A stretch of 61,687 bases of DNA from Treponema sp. (GTDB lineage Bacteria > Spirochaetota > Spirochaetia > Treponematales > Treponemataceae). This document shows positions 37,297 through 47,951 of the stretch, in pieces. The stretch covers positions 1-61,687 of the forward strand of contig JAKSTK010000001.1 of the NCBI GenBank assembly GCA_024402615.1. The letters run 5' to 3'. The notes under the pieces are model-generated. The model was given only the letters and a program-made list of their open reading frames with translations. It did not search any database and was not told where the DNA came from. Position 1 is the first letter of the stretch; every line of letters begins with the position of its first letter. A program made the position numbers and the translations under genes.

Positions 37297-39606
37297 TTAA
37301 TCATCGCCCAGCTTTGTAAGTGCATTTCTTTGATACTCAGGAAGAAATTTCTTTCTGGAACCGTTTTCAAACTGAACTTCAATAACATATTCACCTTCAT
37401 TGATTCTGGCAGAGACGATCATTCCATAACCGTAATCATCACTAAAAACCTTTTTACCTTTTGGCCACTTTTCTGCAACTTCCGCTTTATCGCCCCACTG
37501 TCCGTCAGTTCCAGTACTTTCAAAACCACCAAGTACACTTCCAGTTTTAAGACCAGTTCCCCTACCACCTTTCAGTAATTCATCAGCCTGTTTTCCAAAT
37601 GCAGGACCTGTATATACTTTACGAGTATTAAATCCAAATGGTGCCTGTCCAATTACCTTAAAACATTCAGATGATTCTTTAATAAACGGACTAGGATTCA
37701 TAAACTGCCAGGAACCATACATATTTCGTTTTTGGGCTGAAGTAATGTAAAGTTCATCCTTTGCTCGGGTGATTCCAACATAAAAAAGTCTTCGTTCTTC
37801 TTCCAGTTCCGCACCAGTTTTACCCATCCGTGGAAAAACACCTTCTTCCAGACCGGTAATAATTACACGGTTAAACTCAAGACCTTTTGTGTTATGAATT
37901 GTAATTAAGGTTACAGCATCATCGGGAGCATTTTCATTTTCTACATCCAGAGTACGGTCAAGATTTATAGCATCAAGAAATTCCAGCAAACCTTCCAGTG
38001 TACATTTGTAAGGAACTGCGCTGTTTGCTAATTCCTGTAAGTTTTCTGCCCTCTGCGTACCTTCAATTTCATCTGATGCAGTATGATATTCCAGTAAACC
38101 AGAATCCTGAACAACTCTCTGAATAAAATCAGAAAGATTTTTCTCCGGATTAAAATTCTCCAGAACAGTTTTAAAAATTGTTGAGAATTCTTTAGCACCT
38201 TCTGCCGCTTTTTTAGGAAGAGTCGGAACAGCCTTTTCTACTGCCTCAATAAGATTTGAATAGGTAAGAACTTCTTCTCCAGTTTCAGTATCGGTTTCGT
38301 AAGCCACTGCCGATTCCATAATCTTATCCTGAGTTTTTTCCCCAAGACCACGGGAAGGTTTATTTATAATTCTTCTGAAAGAAATTTCATCTTTAGGATT
38401 TGCGCACAAAGAAAGATATGCCAGTGCATCTTTGATTTCTTCCCGTTCATAGAATTTTAGAGATCCAACAACTACATAAGGAATTTTACGGTGAAGAAAT
38501 TCTTTTTCAAAACTTAGTGACTGCGCATTAGTTCTGTACAAAATTGCCCAGTCAGAATATTTAGCTGGCTTTTTTGGAGAAGTTACCGACTGACGGATTA
38601 AGTCTCCGCAGAAAGTTGCTTCTGCATTTGCATCTCCAAGGAAAGCAAGCACCGGCTGACCACCATCTCCCCTTTCGGCCACAAGAGTTTTCCCCAATCG
38701 GTTTGAGTTCTTATTTACGACAATACTTGCTGCATTAAGAATTTTAGCAGTTGAACGGTAATTGCGTTCCAGACGGATAATATCAGTACCCGGAAATTTA
38801 TCAGGAAAAGAAATAATATTCTGAACTTCGGCACCACGGAATTTATAAATTGACTGGTCGTCATCACCTACTACACAGACATAATTTCCACTACCCTGCT
38901 GAACACCAGATAATTCCTGCAAAAATTTATACTGAGCAATATTAGAGTCCTGATACTCATCAACCATTATTACCTGAAAACGACCTCTTACTTCTGAAGC
39001 AATAACAGGATTACTCTGAAGAATTTTTACCGGCAGCATAATTAAATCGCCAAAGTCTGTATTTCCGGTAGCTCTTAGTCTTTTCTGATAATCTCTATAA
39101 ATTTCGTTTAAGGGAAGCTCACTGCCAATTTCACTTAAATCATCATCTGGCATAAGACAATAATCTTTACAAAGAGAAATCTGATGAGCAGCAACATTTA
39201 CTTCTTTTTTAGAAAGTGACGGACAGGCTTTTTTTATAAGCTGAACCATATCATCATCGTCATAAACAGTAAATGAAGATTCCAGACCGGCTTCTTCTGC
39301 ATATTTACGGAGGAACCAGGTACCAAAGGAGTGAAAGGTTCTGATTTGTGCTTTTTCTGCTCTTGGTTCCATTGCTATGGCACGTTCTTTCATTTCATTG
39401 GCAGCTTTTTTAGTAAAGGTTACCGAAAGAATTGAATATGGATTAACCTGCTTTTCATTTATAAGATAAGCAATTTTTGTTGTAATTACACGGGTTTTAC
39501 CAGAACCTGCCCCTGCCAGAATCAAAAGGGGATTCCCTTCATGAATAACTGCATCTTTCTGTTCAGGATTAAGAACATCAAGATATTTCTGCATTTCTTC
39601 ATTCAT
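37297..39606 (-). CDS. pcrA: UvrD/PcrA ATP-dependent DNA helicase
   Basis: LNPEQ, AGAGSGKT, TFTKKAA, DEYQD, VGDDDQSIY.FRGA, NYRS, EERRLFYVGITRA, C-terminal Tudor-like domain. Confidence 0.95.
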   Translation of the reverse strand: MNEEMQKYLDVLNPEQKDAVIHEGNPLLILAGAGSGKTRVITTKIAYLINEKQVNPYSILSVTFTKKAANEMKERAIAMEPRAEKAQIRTFHSFGTWFLRKYAEEAGLESSFTVYDDDDMVQLIKKACPSLSKKEVNVAAHQISLCKDYCLMPDDDLSEIGSELPLNEIYRDYQKRLRATGNTDFGDLIMLPVKILQSNPVIASEVRGRFQVIMVDEYQDSNIAQYKFLQELSGVQQGSGNYVCVVGDDDQSIYKFRGAEVQNIISFPDKFPGTDIIRLERNYRSTAKILNAASIVVNKNSNRLGKTLVAERGDGGQPVLAFLGDANAEATFCGDLIRQSVTSPKKPAKYSDWAILYRTNAQSLSFEKEFLHRKIPYVVVGSLKFYEREEIKDALAYLSLCANPKDEISFRRIINKPSRGLGEKTQDKIMESAVAYETDTETGEEVLTYSNLIEAVEKAVPTLPKKAAEGAKEFSTIFKTVLENFNPEKNLSDFIQRVVQDSGLLEYHTASDEIEGTQRAENLQELANSAVPYKCTLEGLLEFLDAINLDRTLDVENENAPDDAVTLITIHNTKGLEFNRVIITGLEEGVFPRMGKTGAELEEERRLFYVGITRAKDELYITSAQKRNMYGSWQFMNPSPFIKESSECFKVIGQAPFGFNTRKVYTGPAFGKQADELLKGGRGTGLKTGSVLGGFESTGTDGQWGDKAEVAEKWPKGKKVFSDDYGYGMIVSARINEGEYVIEVQFENGSRKKFLPEYQRNALTKLGDD

Positions 39607-39647
39607 TTGAAATCCCCCGTAAACTGAATTCTGTACCTTAAATATAA

Positions 39648-41102
39648 TTAAATATTTCTGAATTCCAATTTTGAGCTTTTAAATTCTTTTTTGAGAGAAA
39701 TAAAACGGGCATCAAGATCAACTCCCGCAGAAGCAATTATCTCTACAGTTACAACATTTCCCGGTTGAACAGCTTTTGCTTCCTGTTCCAAATCTCTTTC
39801 GTAACGGATTACAACAGCACCATCAACTTCAGGAGCCTGGAACCAGCTTCGGCCAATAGCAAGCCCTTCCGAAGAATCTTCTGCAACCTGTTCGTCCAGT
39901 TCAATAATTTCTTCTACAAGAACATCAACCTTACGACCAATATAAGAATTTAATTTTTCTGCTGTAATTTCTGACTGAGCATTTTCCAGATCAGCGGCAC
40001 GTTTTTCTGCCACTTTTTTAGAAACTCTCTTTTTCATGTCATAAGCAGGAGTATCTTCTTCGCGACTGTATGGGAAACAACCAGACCAGTCAGGTTTAAT
40101 TGTCTGCTGAAATTTAAGAGTATTGCCAGCCGCTTCATCACTTTCGCCAGGGAAACCTGTAAGGAAAGTAGTTCTGATTGTACACTCACCTAAAGTATTT
40201 CTGATGTCCGCAATAAGTTTTGCATAAATTTCACCAGTTCCGGTACGATTCATTGCTTTAATTATTCCATCATCACCACTTTGGAAAGGAATATCAAAAT
40301 ATTTTGCAAAACGATTATCTGCTTTCATTACAGCAAGGATATCTGTATTAAAATGATCCGGATGAATATAAAGCATACGAATAAGGAAATCACCTTCCAA
40401 AGCAGAAATCATTTTCAAAAGTCTGCAAAGTCCAGACTCTTTATTTCCATGATACTCTGTACGACCATCACCAAAAGCGTTATCTGTAACTCCAGTACCG
40501 TATGCAGCTAAATCCTGACCAATAAGATTAATTTCATAAACACCTGCAGCAATAAGTTCTTTAATTTCTGCAATAATTGATTCTGCAGGACGGCTTCGAA
40601 CTTCGCCGCGGATTAAAGGAATTGCACAGAAAGAACAATGATTTGAACAGCCTTCTGTAATTTTTACAAAAGCACTTCCCTTGTAATTAAACAGCACAGG
40701 ACGATTTCCGGCACAAACTCCTTCTTGTGGATAAGTTTCTACCAGTCTTTTTCCCGCCTGAATATTTTTCATAAATTCAGAAATTTTAGAAAGATCTCCG
40801 TTACCAAAAATTCCAGAAAGTTCAGGCATAGATTCGCCTAACATTTCTGCGTAACGCTGAGCTAAACAACCCGTAAGAATTATTTTTGCTTCAGGATAAG
40901 AAACATTGATATTGTAAATTGCATCAATTGATTCCTTTTTAGCTGATTCAATAAAACCACAGGAATTTACAATAATAAAATCTGCTTCAGAAGCCTCGAA
41001 AGTCTGCTGAAATCCTTCATTAATTAAAAAACCGACGATGAGTTCACCGTCAGTTTGATTTTTTGCACAACCGTGCTGATCAATGTAAAACTTATTAGTC
41101 AA
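39648..41102 (-). CDS. rimO: Ribosomal protein S12 methylthiotransferase
   Basis: GCAKNQTD, NSCGFIESAK.ES, CSNHCSFC, APEVDG. Confidence 0.94.
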   Translation of the reverse strand: MTNKFYIDQHGCAKNQTDGELIVGFLINEGFQQTFEASEADFIIVNSCGFIESAKKESIDAIYNINVSYPEAKIILTGCLAQRYAEMLGESMPELSGIFGNGDLSKISEFMKNIQAGKRLVETYPQEGVCAGNRPVLFNYKGSAFVKITEGCSNHCSFCAIPLIRGEVRSRPAESIIAEIKELIAAGVYEINLIGQDLAAYGTGVTDNAFGDGRTEYHGNKESGLCRLLKMISALEGDFLIRMLYIHPDHFNTDILAVMKADNRFAKYFDIPFQSGDDGIIKAMNRTGTGEIYAKLIADIRNTLGECTIRTTFLTGFPGESDEAAGNTLKFQQTIKPDWSGCFPYSREEDTPAYDMKKRVSKKVAEKRAADLENAQSEITAEKLNSYIGRKVDVLVEEIIELDEQVAEDSSEGLAIGRSWFQAPEVDGAVVIRYERDLEQEAKAVQPGNVVTVEIIASAGVDLDARFISLKKEFKSSKLEFRNI

Positions 41103-42186
41103 GTTCGATTACCACCAGTTTATATCTTCCGTCACCGTCTTTAATCCACTTAATGTCTTCTACTACGACTTTTCCGGCACCACCAATTTCAAGATTGTAA
41201 GTTTTTGAATCGGCAATAACAGTAAAGGAAACTGCACTTCCGTTAGAAATCCACAAACGGATACCATTCTTAGGAGTTGCAGTAAGAACTTCACCACGAC
41301 CAAAATAAGTTTCTACGGCAGTACCATTATCCACACGGTCACGGAAAAGACATGCACTGCGGAATGTAGCATTTAAAGTAAATGGATAAGCACGGTTATC
41401 TTCAAGAATTACCTTCTGAGGATGTTTAGATTTAATTTCTGATGCAAATGGAATATCATCTGTATTAACCATTTCTTCAGCTGCAACTCCGTGACGAAGA
41501 AGAATACTAACCTCTGCACCACGGGCTTCATCTGTTCTTGAAATATCAGAAACATAAACAATCATATCGGAAATTGAGTCGCCATCAATATCAATTTCAT
41601 TTTCTTCAGCCAGATCAGTATAGAAATCGCCGGCAGGAGTATGAAGACCAAAACTGCCTAAAGTTTCTTTTACTGTAAGAATAATCTGAGTATCATTTTC
41701 TGTTGGAATAATAAACTGGGTACCTTTGTAAACTCTCTGTGTAAATTTAGTATTGTCCAGAGTATAAGTTTTAAAGTTTGCGTTCTTATTTACAACAACC
41801 GCATCAGGATCTTCTGTAGTGTTCTTTTTTACTAAAAGAAGAATAAGAATTGTAGCAACTACAGCCACTACAAGAACAGAAGGAATAATAATTGCAGGAA
41901 TAACCCATTTTGGACGATGTTTAATAATCAGTCCTTCTGGAACCGGCGATTCCTGAATTTTTTTATTGCGGTAGAGTTTAAGCATGTATTCAGGATCAAG
42001 ATCAAGATAATTCGAGTAGTTTCTTAAGAAACCTGTCATATATGCTTCACCTGGGAAAACGCCATTATCTTCATCTTCCAGTCCCTGCAAATATCGTTTC
42101 TCAATAGATATTTCTCTTGAAATTTTGTCTATATCAAGATTTTTTGATTCTCGTGTTTCGCGAAGAATTTCACCAAAACTATCCAT
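41095..42186 (-). CDS. RodZ-like HTH/TM protein
   Basis: GEILRETRE...YL..LE...FPG..Y..GFLRNY..YL.LD then one TM; lies between lolA and rimO. Confidence 0.82.
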   Translation of the reverse strand: MDSFGEILRETRESKNLDIDKISREISIEKRYLQGLEDEDNGVFPGEAYMTGFLRNYSNYLDLDPEYMLKLYRNKKIQESPVPEGLIIKHRPKWVIPAIIIPSVLVVAVVATILILLLVKKNTTEDPDAVVVNKNANFKTYTLDNTKFTQRVYKGTQFIIPTENDTQIILTVKETLGSFGLHTPAGDFYTDLAEENEIDIDGDSISDMIVYVSDISRTDEARGAEVSILLRHGVAAEEMVNTDDIPFASEIKSKHPQKVILEDNRAYPFTLNATFRSACLFRDRVDNGTAVETYFGRGEVLTATPKNGIRLWISNGSAVSFTVIADSKTYNLEIGGAGKVVVEDIKWIKDGDGRYKLVVIELD

Positions 42187-42227
42187 CTATTTCCTCTTTA
42201 TCCCACTTAAACTAAATTTTGTTTTTC

Positions 42228-42920
42228 CTATTCTGAGAAAAGGAAGTTGTTGAAATCGTTAGCTGATGAAGGTGGATCATAAATAAAACGCTGATCCGAA
42301 AGTCCCTGATTCAACTTGTAATCATAGAAATTGAAAACAAAAGTTTCTCCCTTTGGAGTAACTGCTTCCATACGGCGGATTAACTTTGTTTTTTCGTTAA
42401 TTGAAATTTCAATTGATCTGAAAGATTCAGCGGCACTCTTACGGTTAAGAACAAACTTTACAACCATTTCATCTGAATCTTCATCAAGAGGTTCTGCTTT
42501 CTGACCAGTTTTATAAGCAACTGTATAATAACGGCTCAAAAGAGAAAGTCCCTGTGGAGTTGCAATACCAGAAACATCACCTTTTGCATTTTCTCCAGAA
42601 GAAGAAACAGCCTGCTGCAAAACAGCCTGTGCTCCAGGAAGGTAAATTGTAAGAGTATCACCGTTAAAACAGATTACCTGTTCCTGAGGATTTTCATAAT
42701 CCATTCTAAGTAAATCTGGGGCTTTGAAAGAGATTTTTCCTGAAGTTTCATCTTTTTCAATCTTCAGTTCAAAATCACATTCATAATCCTTGAGAGTTGC
42801 GTAATATTCTGAAATAGTCTTAAAATATGCGCTGGCAGTTGTAATATTCTGTGCAAAAAGATTTGTGAATCCTGTAGCTAAAACTGCGGCACAAATAAAG
42901 AGTTTTGTTATTTTCTTCAT
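42228..42920 (-). CDS. lolA: Outer-membrane lipoprotein carrier LolA family
   Basis: G...FKAP..LRMDY..P.EQVI..NG.TL.IY.P, F.Y.PP; signal peptide. Confidence 0.85.
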   Translation of the reverse strand: MKKITKLFICAAVLATGFTNLFAQNITTASAYFKTISEYYATLKDYECDFELKIEKDETSGKISFKAPDLLRMDYENPQEQVICFNGDTLTIYLPGAQAVLQQAVSSSGENAKGDVSGIATPQGLSLLSRYYTVAYKTGQKAEPLDEDSDEMVVKFVLNRKSAAESFRSIEISINEKTKLIRRMEAVTPKGETFVFNFYDYKLNQGLSDQRFIYDPPSSANDFNNFLFSE

Positions 42921-42955
42921 AGCATTACAATTATATCGAGAAATAGACGGGTTGT

Positions 42956-45103
42956 CTATTTTACGTCAGCTTTCTTAGCACGACGTTTTCTTTTTGGTTT
43001 TTCTTCTGATTCAGCTTTTGGCTCTTCAACAGCAGATTCTGCATTCTCTGTCTTTTCTACATTTTCTGCAGATTTTTCTGCTTCTACTGCATTCTGTTCA
43101 AGTTCTGCACAATGACCTTCAGCTTTTACAATTTCGTAAAAATCCTTACCTTCCATTGTTTCAACTTTTACCAGCTGTTCAGCAATATATTCCAGCAAAG
43201 ATTTATGTTCATTAAGAACAGAAAGAACATGTTCGTAGCGTTCGTTCATAATGCGGGCAATTTCTTCATCAATATATTTCTGAGTATCTTCACTGAATTC
43301 ACGAATAAGATTTGGTTCTCCACCGTAATTTCCAAGAACACCTTTTCCCAAAGTCATATTCTTGAATTTTGAGCTCATACCAAAATCTACAATCATTCTC
43401 TTAACAATATCAGTTGCACGGGCAATATCATTAGAAGCGCCTGTAGAAACATCACCAAGGATAATTTCTTCTGCAGCACGACCACCAAGACAAACATCAA
43501 TATCACCAATCATATCTTTGTAAGTCTTAAAGTTATTTTCTTCCTGTTCACGATACTGTGTAAATCCACCTACCCCGTGTGAACGAGGCACAACAGTAAT
43601 TTTATTTACTGGAGGATAATCTGGAGTATAAGCTCCTATCAACGCATGACCAGTTTCATGAACAGAAACAAGACGCATTTCCTTTGTATTATCTTTACGG
43701 GATTTCTTTTTAAGACCAATGCTGACTTTATCAATAGCATCGTTCATATCTTCCATTGTAACCTTTTTACGGCCATTACGAACTGCCAGCAAAGCGGCTT
43801 CATTTACAACATTTGCAAGATCAGCACCGGCAAAACCTGTTGTTCCGTGAGCAAGAGAATCAAAGTCTACATCAGAATCAAGCTTAACATTCTTTGAATG
43901 AATACGAAGAATGTCTTCTCGTCCTTTAACATCCGGTTTTTCAACTGGAACCTGGCGGTCAAAACGACCAGGACGAAGCAAAGCAGGATCAAGAATATCT
44001 GCACGGTTAGTAGCAGCAAGAATAATCAAACCTTTTTCATTCTCAAAACCGTCCATTTCTACCAGGAGCTGGTTTAAAGTCTGTTCACGTTCGTCATTAC
44101 CACCACCGAAACCATTTACACGGCTTTTACCAAGAGCATCAATTTCATCAATAAATACAATACAAGGAGCTTTTTCACGAGCCTGTTTGAATAAGTCACG
44201 AACACGGGATGCACCAACACCAACAAACATTTCAACAAAGTCTGAACCTGAAATGCTGAAGAATGGAACTCCTGCTTCTCCTGCTACTGCACGGGCAAGT
44301 AAAGTTTTACCTGTTCCTGGAGGTCCTACAAGAAGAACCCCCTTAGGAATTTTACCACCAATATCAGTATATTTTTTTGGTTCCTTAAGAAAATCTACTA
44401 CTTCTACAAGTTCTTCTTTTGCTTCATCAACACCTGCAACATCTGTAAAACGAGTTTTGATTTTTCCTTCTTCAACAACTTTAGCTCTTGAAGCACCGGC
44501 ATTGAAAATACTTCCCATACCGCCGCTTCCGCCGCTTCCCATTTTTCTGAAAAGGAAGAAATAAAGAAGAACAATAAAGAAAATTGGAATAATAAGGTTA
44601 AGCAAAATCTGTCCCAAAAGACCGTTCTGCTTAATTACAAATTTATATTCCAGCTGACCCGCTGTAACTTTTTCTGAAATAGAATCAAGGAAATTACTTG
44701 TTAAAACAGCTGCAGTTTTATAGCGCTTATTTTTAACTCCCTGATTTTTACCTGTAGGATCCATAAAATCTCTTTTTCCAGAAACAGCAGGCTTATGCTG
44801 ATAACCTACAATATAGTTTTCACCAATTTCCAGATACTGAATTTCACCGTTTTCAATCAACTGACAGAATTTTGAATAATCTGTTAAATCATCTGAACGG
44901 GAAAGCATAAACACATCAATAACCGCAAAAGCAAGCAGCACTATCAGAAGAATTCCAAAGAAAGGGAATTTCTTTGGTTTTTTATCTTTTGGTTTATTAT
45001 CATTGTCTTTGTTGTCTACTGGACCACCGAACTTAAAAAAGCTGTAAGGATCAAAATCATCATCCTTTTTGTTTTTGTCATCATTGTTCTGATTTTCTGC
45101 CAT
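42956..45103 (-). CDS. ftsH: ATP-dependent zinc metalloprotease FtsH
   Basis: Two TMs, [14 protein letters not shown], second region of homology [14 protein letters not shown] zinc motif. Confidence 0.97.
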   Translation of the reverse strand: MAENQNNDDKNKKDDDFDPYSFFKFGGPVDNKDNDNKPKDKKPKKFPFFGILLIVLLAFAVIDVFMLSRSDDLTDYSKFCQLIENGEIQYLEIGENYIVGYQHKPAVSGKRDFMDPTGKNQGVKNKRYKTAAVLTSNFLDSISEKVTAGQLEYKFVIKQNGLLGQILLNLIIPIFFIVLLYFFLFRKMGSGGSGGMGSIFNAGASRAKVVEEGKIKTRFTDVAGVDEAKEELVEVVDFLKEPKKYTDIGGKIPKGVLLVGPPGTGKTLLARAVAGEAGVPFFSISGSDFVEMFVGVGASRVRDLFKQAREKAPCIVFIDEIDALGKSRVNGFGGGNDEREQTLNQLLVEMDGFENEKGLIILAATNRADILDPALLRPGRFDRQVPVEKPDVKGREDILRIHSKNVKLDSDVDFDSLAHGTTGFAGADLANVVNEAALLAVRNGRKKVTMEDMNDAIDKVSIGLKKKSRKDNTKEMRLVSVHETGHALIGAYTPDYPPVNKITVVPRSHGVGGFTQYREQEENNFKTYKDMIGDIDVCLGGRAAEEIILGDVSTGASNDIARATDIVKRMIVDFGMSSKFKNMTLGKGVLGNYGGEPNLIREFSEDTQKYIDEEIARIMNERYEHVLSVLNEHKSLLEYIAEQLVKVETMEGKDFYEIVKAEGHCAELEQNAVEAEKSAENVEKTENAESAVEEPKAESEEKPKRKRRAKKADVK

Positions 45104-45209
45104 AAAAAATCCTAAAATTTAAAAATATACTTAGTTAATATAATAATAAAAAAAAGAATTGTCGATAAAAAAACTTTTAAATTTTTTTTCTAAATTTGTG
45201 TTTTTTTTC

Positions 45210-45236
45210 TTAAGTTTTTTTCTGGCAATCCGAAAA
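45210..45236 (+). promoter_or_regulatory. sigma28-like promoter of fliS-flgN
   Basis: TTAAGTTT-N11-TCCGAAAA upstream of a late flagellar gene. Confidence 0.6.
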
Positions 45237-45277
45237 TGAGAGTGTCCTATTATCTATATTTTACAGGAGGTATAAAA

Positions 45278-45718
45278 ATGGGATATCAGAATGCATACAC
45301 AGCGTATCAGAGAACTAATGTAAGTACAGCAAGTCAGGGAAGATTAGTTGTGCTTTTGTATGAAGGAGCAATTAAACAGATGTCTACTGCTCTTACATAC
45401 ATTGGTGAAAACGAAAAGATTTTACCATCTAATAGAGAAAAATTTGGAATCTGTATTCAGAAGGCTCAGTCAATTATTACTGAACTGCAGGTTTCTTTAG
45501 ATATGGAAAAAGGCGGAGAAATTGCCCGTAACCTTATGTCACTTTATGTGTATTTTAATGAGGTACTGGTTGATGTAAATATTACTCACAGCAGAGAAAA
45601 ACTCCGCTCAGTAATTAAAATGATGGATGATTTAGCAGGTTCCTGGAGACAGATTGCCAACAGTACTGCAAATGCTCCAGCCGCAAAAGTACCAAACGCC
45701 TTAAATATCGTTGGATAA
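45278..45718 (+). CDS. fliS: Flagellar export chaperone FliS
   Basis: AY....V.TAS..LVVLLYEGAI, KAQ.II.EL..SLD...GGEIA.NL..LY.Y; ATG at 45278 after AGGAGG. Confidence 0.95.
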   Translation: MGYQNAYTAYQRTNVSTASQGRLVVLLYEGAIKQMSTALTYIGENEKILPSNREKFGICIQKAQSIITELQVSLDMEKGGEIARNLMSLYVYFNEVLVDVNITHSREKLRSVIKMMDDLAGSWRQIANSTANAPAAKVPNALNIVG

Positions 45719-45760
45719 AAATAGAAAATATTAAAGTTAACATAGATTTGGGAGGAAAAT

Positions 45761-46237
45761 ATGGAACTTACACAGGAAGAATTAGACGAAAGAGTTGCAC
45801 TGCTTAAAAAATTCAAAGCATTGCTGATTCAGCAGAGAGGAAAGTTTCAGGAATATCTTACAGTTCTTGAAAAACAGCAGGAATCAATTACCGCAGAAAA
45901 TCCAGAAGCTTTAATTGCTCATACAGAACTTGAACAGCAGGTTGTAAAAAACATTGCTAATCTTCAGAAGGTTATTCTTCCAATGTCCCGCATGTATAAA
46001 GCTGCTGCTCCAAACAACAGTCAGGAAGATACAAAATCAATTGAAGTAATCCAGAATGAACTTAATGATTTACAGCACAAAGTATTAAAACAGAATGAAA
46101 TCAACAGAGATTTGCTTCGTACTCATTTGGTTCAGATTAAAGCTCAGATTAATAACTTTAGAAATCCTTATGCAAATAACAGAAGTGTATACGCTCAGCC
46201 ACAGAGAGTAGCCACAATGGTTCAGATAGAAGTATAA
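45761..46237 (+). CDS. flgN: FlgN-family flagellar export chaperone
   Basis: Coiled-coil protein of about 158 aa directly after fliS; GGAGG SD. Confidence 0.65.
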   Translation: MELTQEELDERVALLKKFKALLIQQRGKFQEYLTVLEKQQESITAENPEALIAHTELEQQVVKNIANLQKVILPMSRMYKAAAPNNSQEDTKSIEVIQNELNDLQHKVLKQNEINRDLLRTHLVQIKAQINNFRNPYANNRSVYAQPQRVATMVQIEV

Positions 46238-46242
46238 AAAAA

Positions 46243-46755
46243 ATGAAACCAGCTGTGACCGACAATAAAACTTCTCCCTATTTGTCTCTGCTGGTAGCAT
46301 ATTCTAAAAACCGCGTAATAGGCTCAGGAGGAAAAATTCCCTGGAATCTTCCTTCTGAGCGTAATCGTTTTAAAAGCCTTTGCAGTAAAAAATTTATTTT
46401 AATGGGTAGAAAGTCCTTTGAAGAAATTGGACACGGTCTTTCCTACTGCACAATCATAATTATTTCAAAAACTCTGAAAACTGCCCCGGAAAAATGTTTA
46501 CTGGCAGAAAACATTGAAGAAGCAATTAAACTGGCTTCCTCAAAAAACAGTTCAGAAATTTTAATAGCCGGTGGAGCAGAAATTTACAAACAGACCTTAC
46601 CCCGTGCAGCTAAAATTTATGCCACTGAAATTGATGCTGAATTTTCGGGCGATTCATATTTTCCAGAATTAGATAAAGGCTGGTTAAAAAAAGAAGGTGA
46701 AAGCTTTACGGAAAATGGAATCAATTACCGTTATGTAACTTTCACCCGCAGTTAA
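46243..46755 (+). CDS. folA: Dihydrofolate reductase
   Basis: NRVIG..GKIPW.LP.E, MGRKSFE, AGGAEIY, GDSYFP. Confidence 0.94.
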   Translation: MKPAVTDNKTSPYLSLLVAYSKNRVIGSGGKIPWNLPSERNRFKSLCSKKFILMGRKSFEEIGHGLSYCTIIIISKTLKTAPEKCLLAENIEEAIKLASSKNSSEILIAGGAEIYKQTLPRAAKIYATEIDAEFSGDSYFPELDKGWLKKEGESFTENGINYRYVTFTRS

Positions 46756-46772
46756 ATTAACGCTGTAAAATC

Positions 46773-47939
46773 TCAGACATAAGAATTATCTACCGTAATA
46801 ACACAAATCACTCCAGGACAACGCTGAAAAATATTATCTCTTACAGTTTTTACTAATTCTTCTTCAGAAAGTTTACATTCATAAGGTCGTACAATATCAA
46901 AAATCAAATTTGTATGAGTTGTACCAGGAACCATTCTTACATCATGAAATTTAAGAGCACTGTCAATTTTCTGTAATTCTTCACCAATTACAGTTTTTAA
47001 TTCGGCCAGCCGTTCATTTTTCAAATCGATTGGATCCATATGAATTACAACTTTACAATTCAACTTCTGACCAACATCAAATTCCGCAACATCAATTGCA
47101 TCATGCAGTTCATAAACATTCTGGTCCCCTGGAACTTCGGCATGAACAGAAATCATAACCCGTCCAGGACCGTAATCGTGAACTATTAAATCATGAACTC
47201 CTACAATAGGAGGATGAGCAAGCATTTCTTCTTCAATGCGTTTTACAAATTCCGGTTCAGGAGGATTTCCTAACAGAGGATGAATTGTTTCTTTTGCAGA
47301 ATCATAACCTGTATACAAAATAAAGCAGGCAACAATAATACCGCCAATTCCATCTACAGGTAAGGTTGTAAATCTGGAAAGTATAATAGAAATAATTACA
47401 ACAGAAGTTGAAATTACATCATTAAAACTGTCTTTTGCAGTTGCTCTCATAGCAACAGAATTGATTTTTTTACCAATGCTGTTGTTATAAAAGAACATAT
47501 AAAACTTAACAAGGATTGCAAGGCCCATAATTATAATTGACCAGATATTCCAGATAACTGGTTCCGGATGAATAAGGGCATTTACAGAACTTTTGAACAA
47601 TTCTGCACCAACCAGAAGAATTAAAAACGAAATAATTAATCCTGCAATATACTCCAGACGACCATGACCATATGGATGATCGGAATCTGGAGCTTTTGCG
47701 GCAAGTCTAAATCCCAGCATCTGAACTAAAGAAGAAGCTGCATCAGAAAGATTGTTAAAAGCATCGGCAACCATAGCAACAGAAGCACTAAGTAAACCAA
47801 AAACTAATTTTCCCGCAAACAGCAGAATATTCAGAAATATTCCAAACCCGCCGGTTAAAATTCCATACTGAGTTCTAACCTGTTCGTTGGAATAATCCTT
47901 TGGATTTTTAATAAAAATTCTGGCCAGTAAAGAAATCAT
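46773..47939 (-). CDS. Cation diffusion facilitator (FieF-like) transporter
   Basis: ADAFNNLSD, D.DHPYGHGRLEY, DSFND, HDLIVHDYGPG. Confidence 0.93.
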   Translation of the reverse strand: MISLLARIFIKNPKDYSNEQVRTQYGILTGGFGIFLNILLFAGKLVFGLLSASVAMVADAFNNLSDAASSLVQMLGFRLAAKAPDSDHPYGHGRLEYIAGLIISFLILLVGAELFKSSVNALIHPEPVIWNIWSIIIMGLAILVKFYMFFYNNSIGKKINSVAMRATAKDSFNDVISTSVVIISIILSRFTTLPVDGIGGIIVACFILYTGYDSAKETIHPLLGNPPEPEFVKRIEEEMLAHPPIVGVHDLIVHDYGPGRVMISVHAEVPGDQNVYELHDAIDVAEFDVGQKLNCKVVIHMDPIDLKNERLAELKTVIGEELQKIDSALKFHDVRMVPGTTHTNLIFDIVRPYECKLSEEELVKTVRDNIFQRCPGVICVITVDNSYV

Positions 47940-47951
47940 TTTCTGCTCTTT

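Noticed and set aside
43911-44564. 217-aa antisense ORF
   Set aside because: Typical stop-free shadow frame opposite the conserved FtsH AAA domain.
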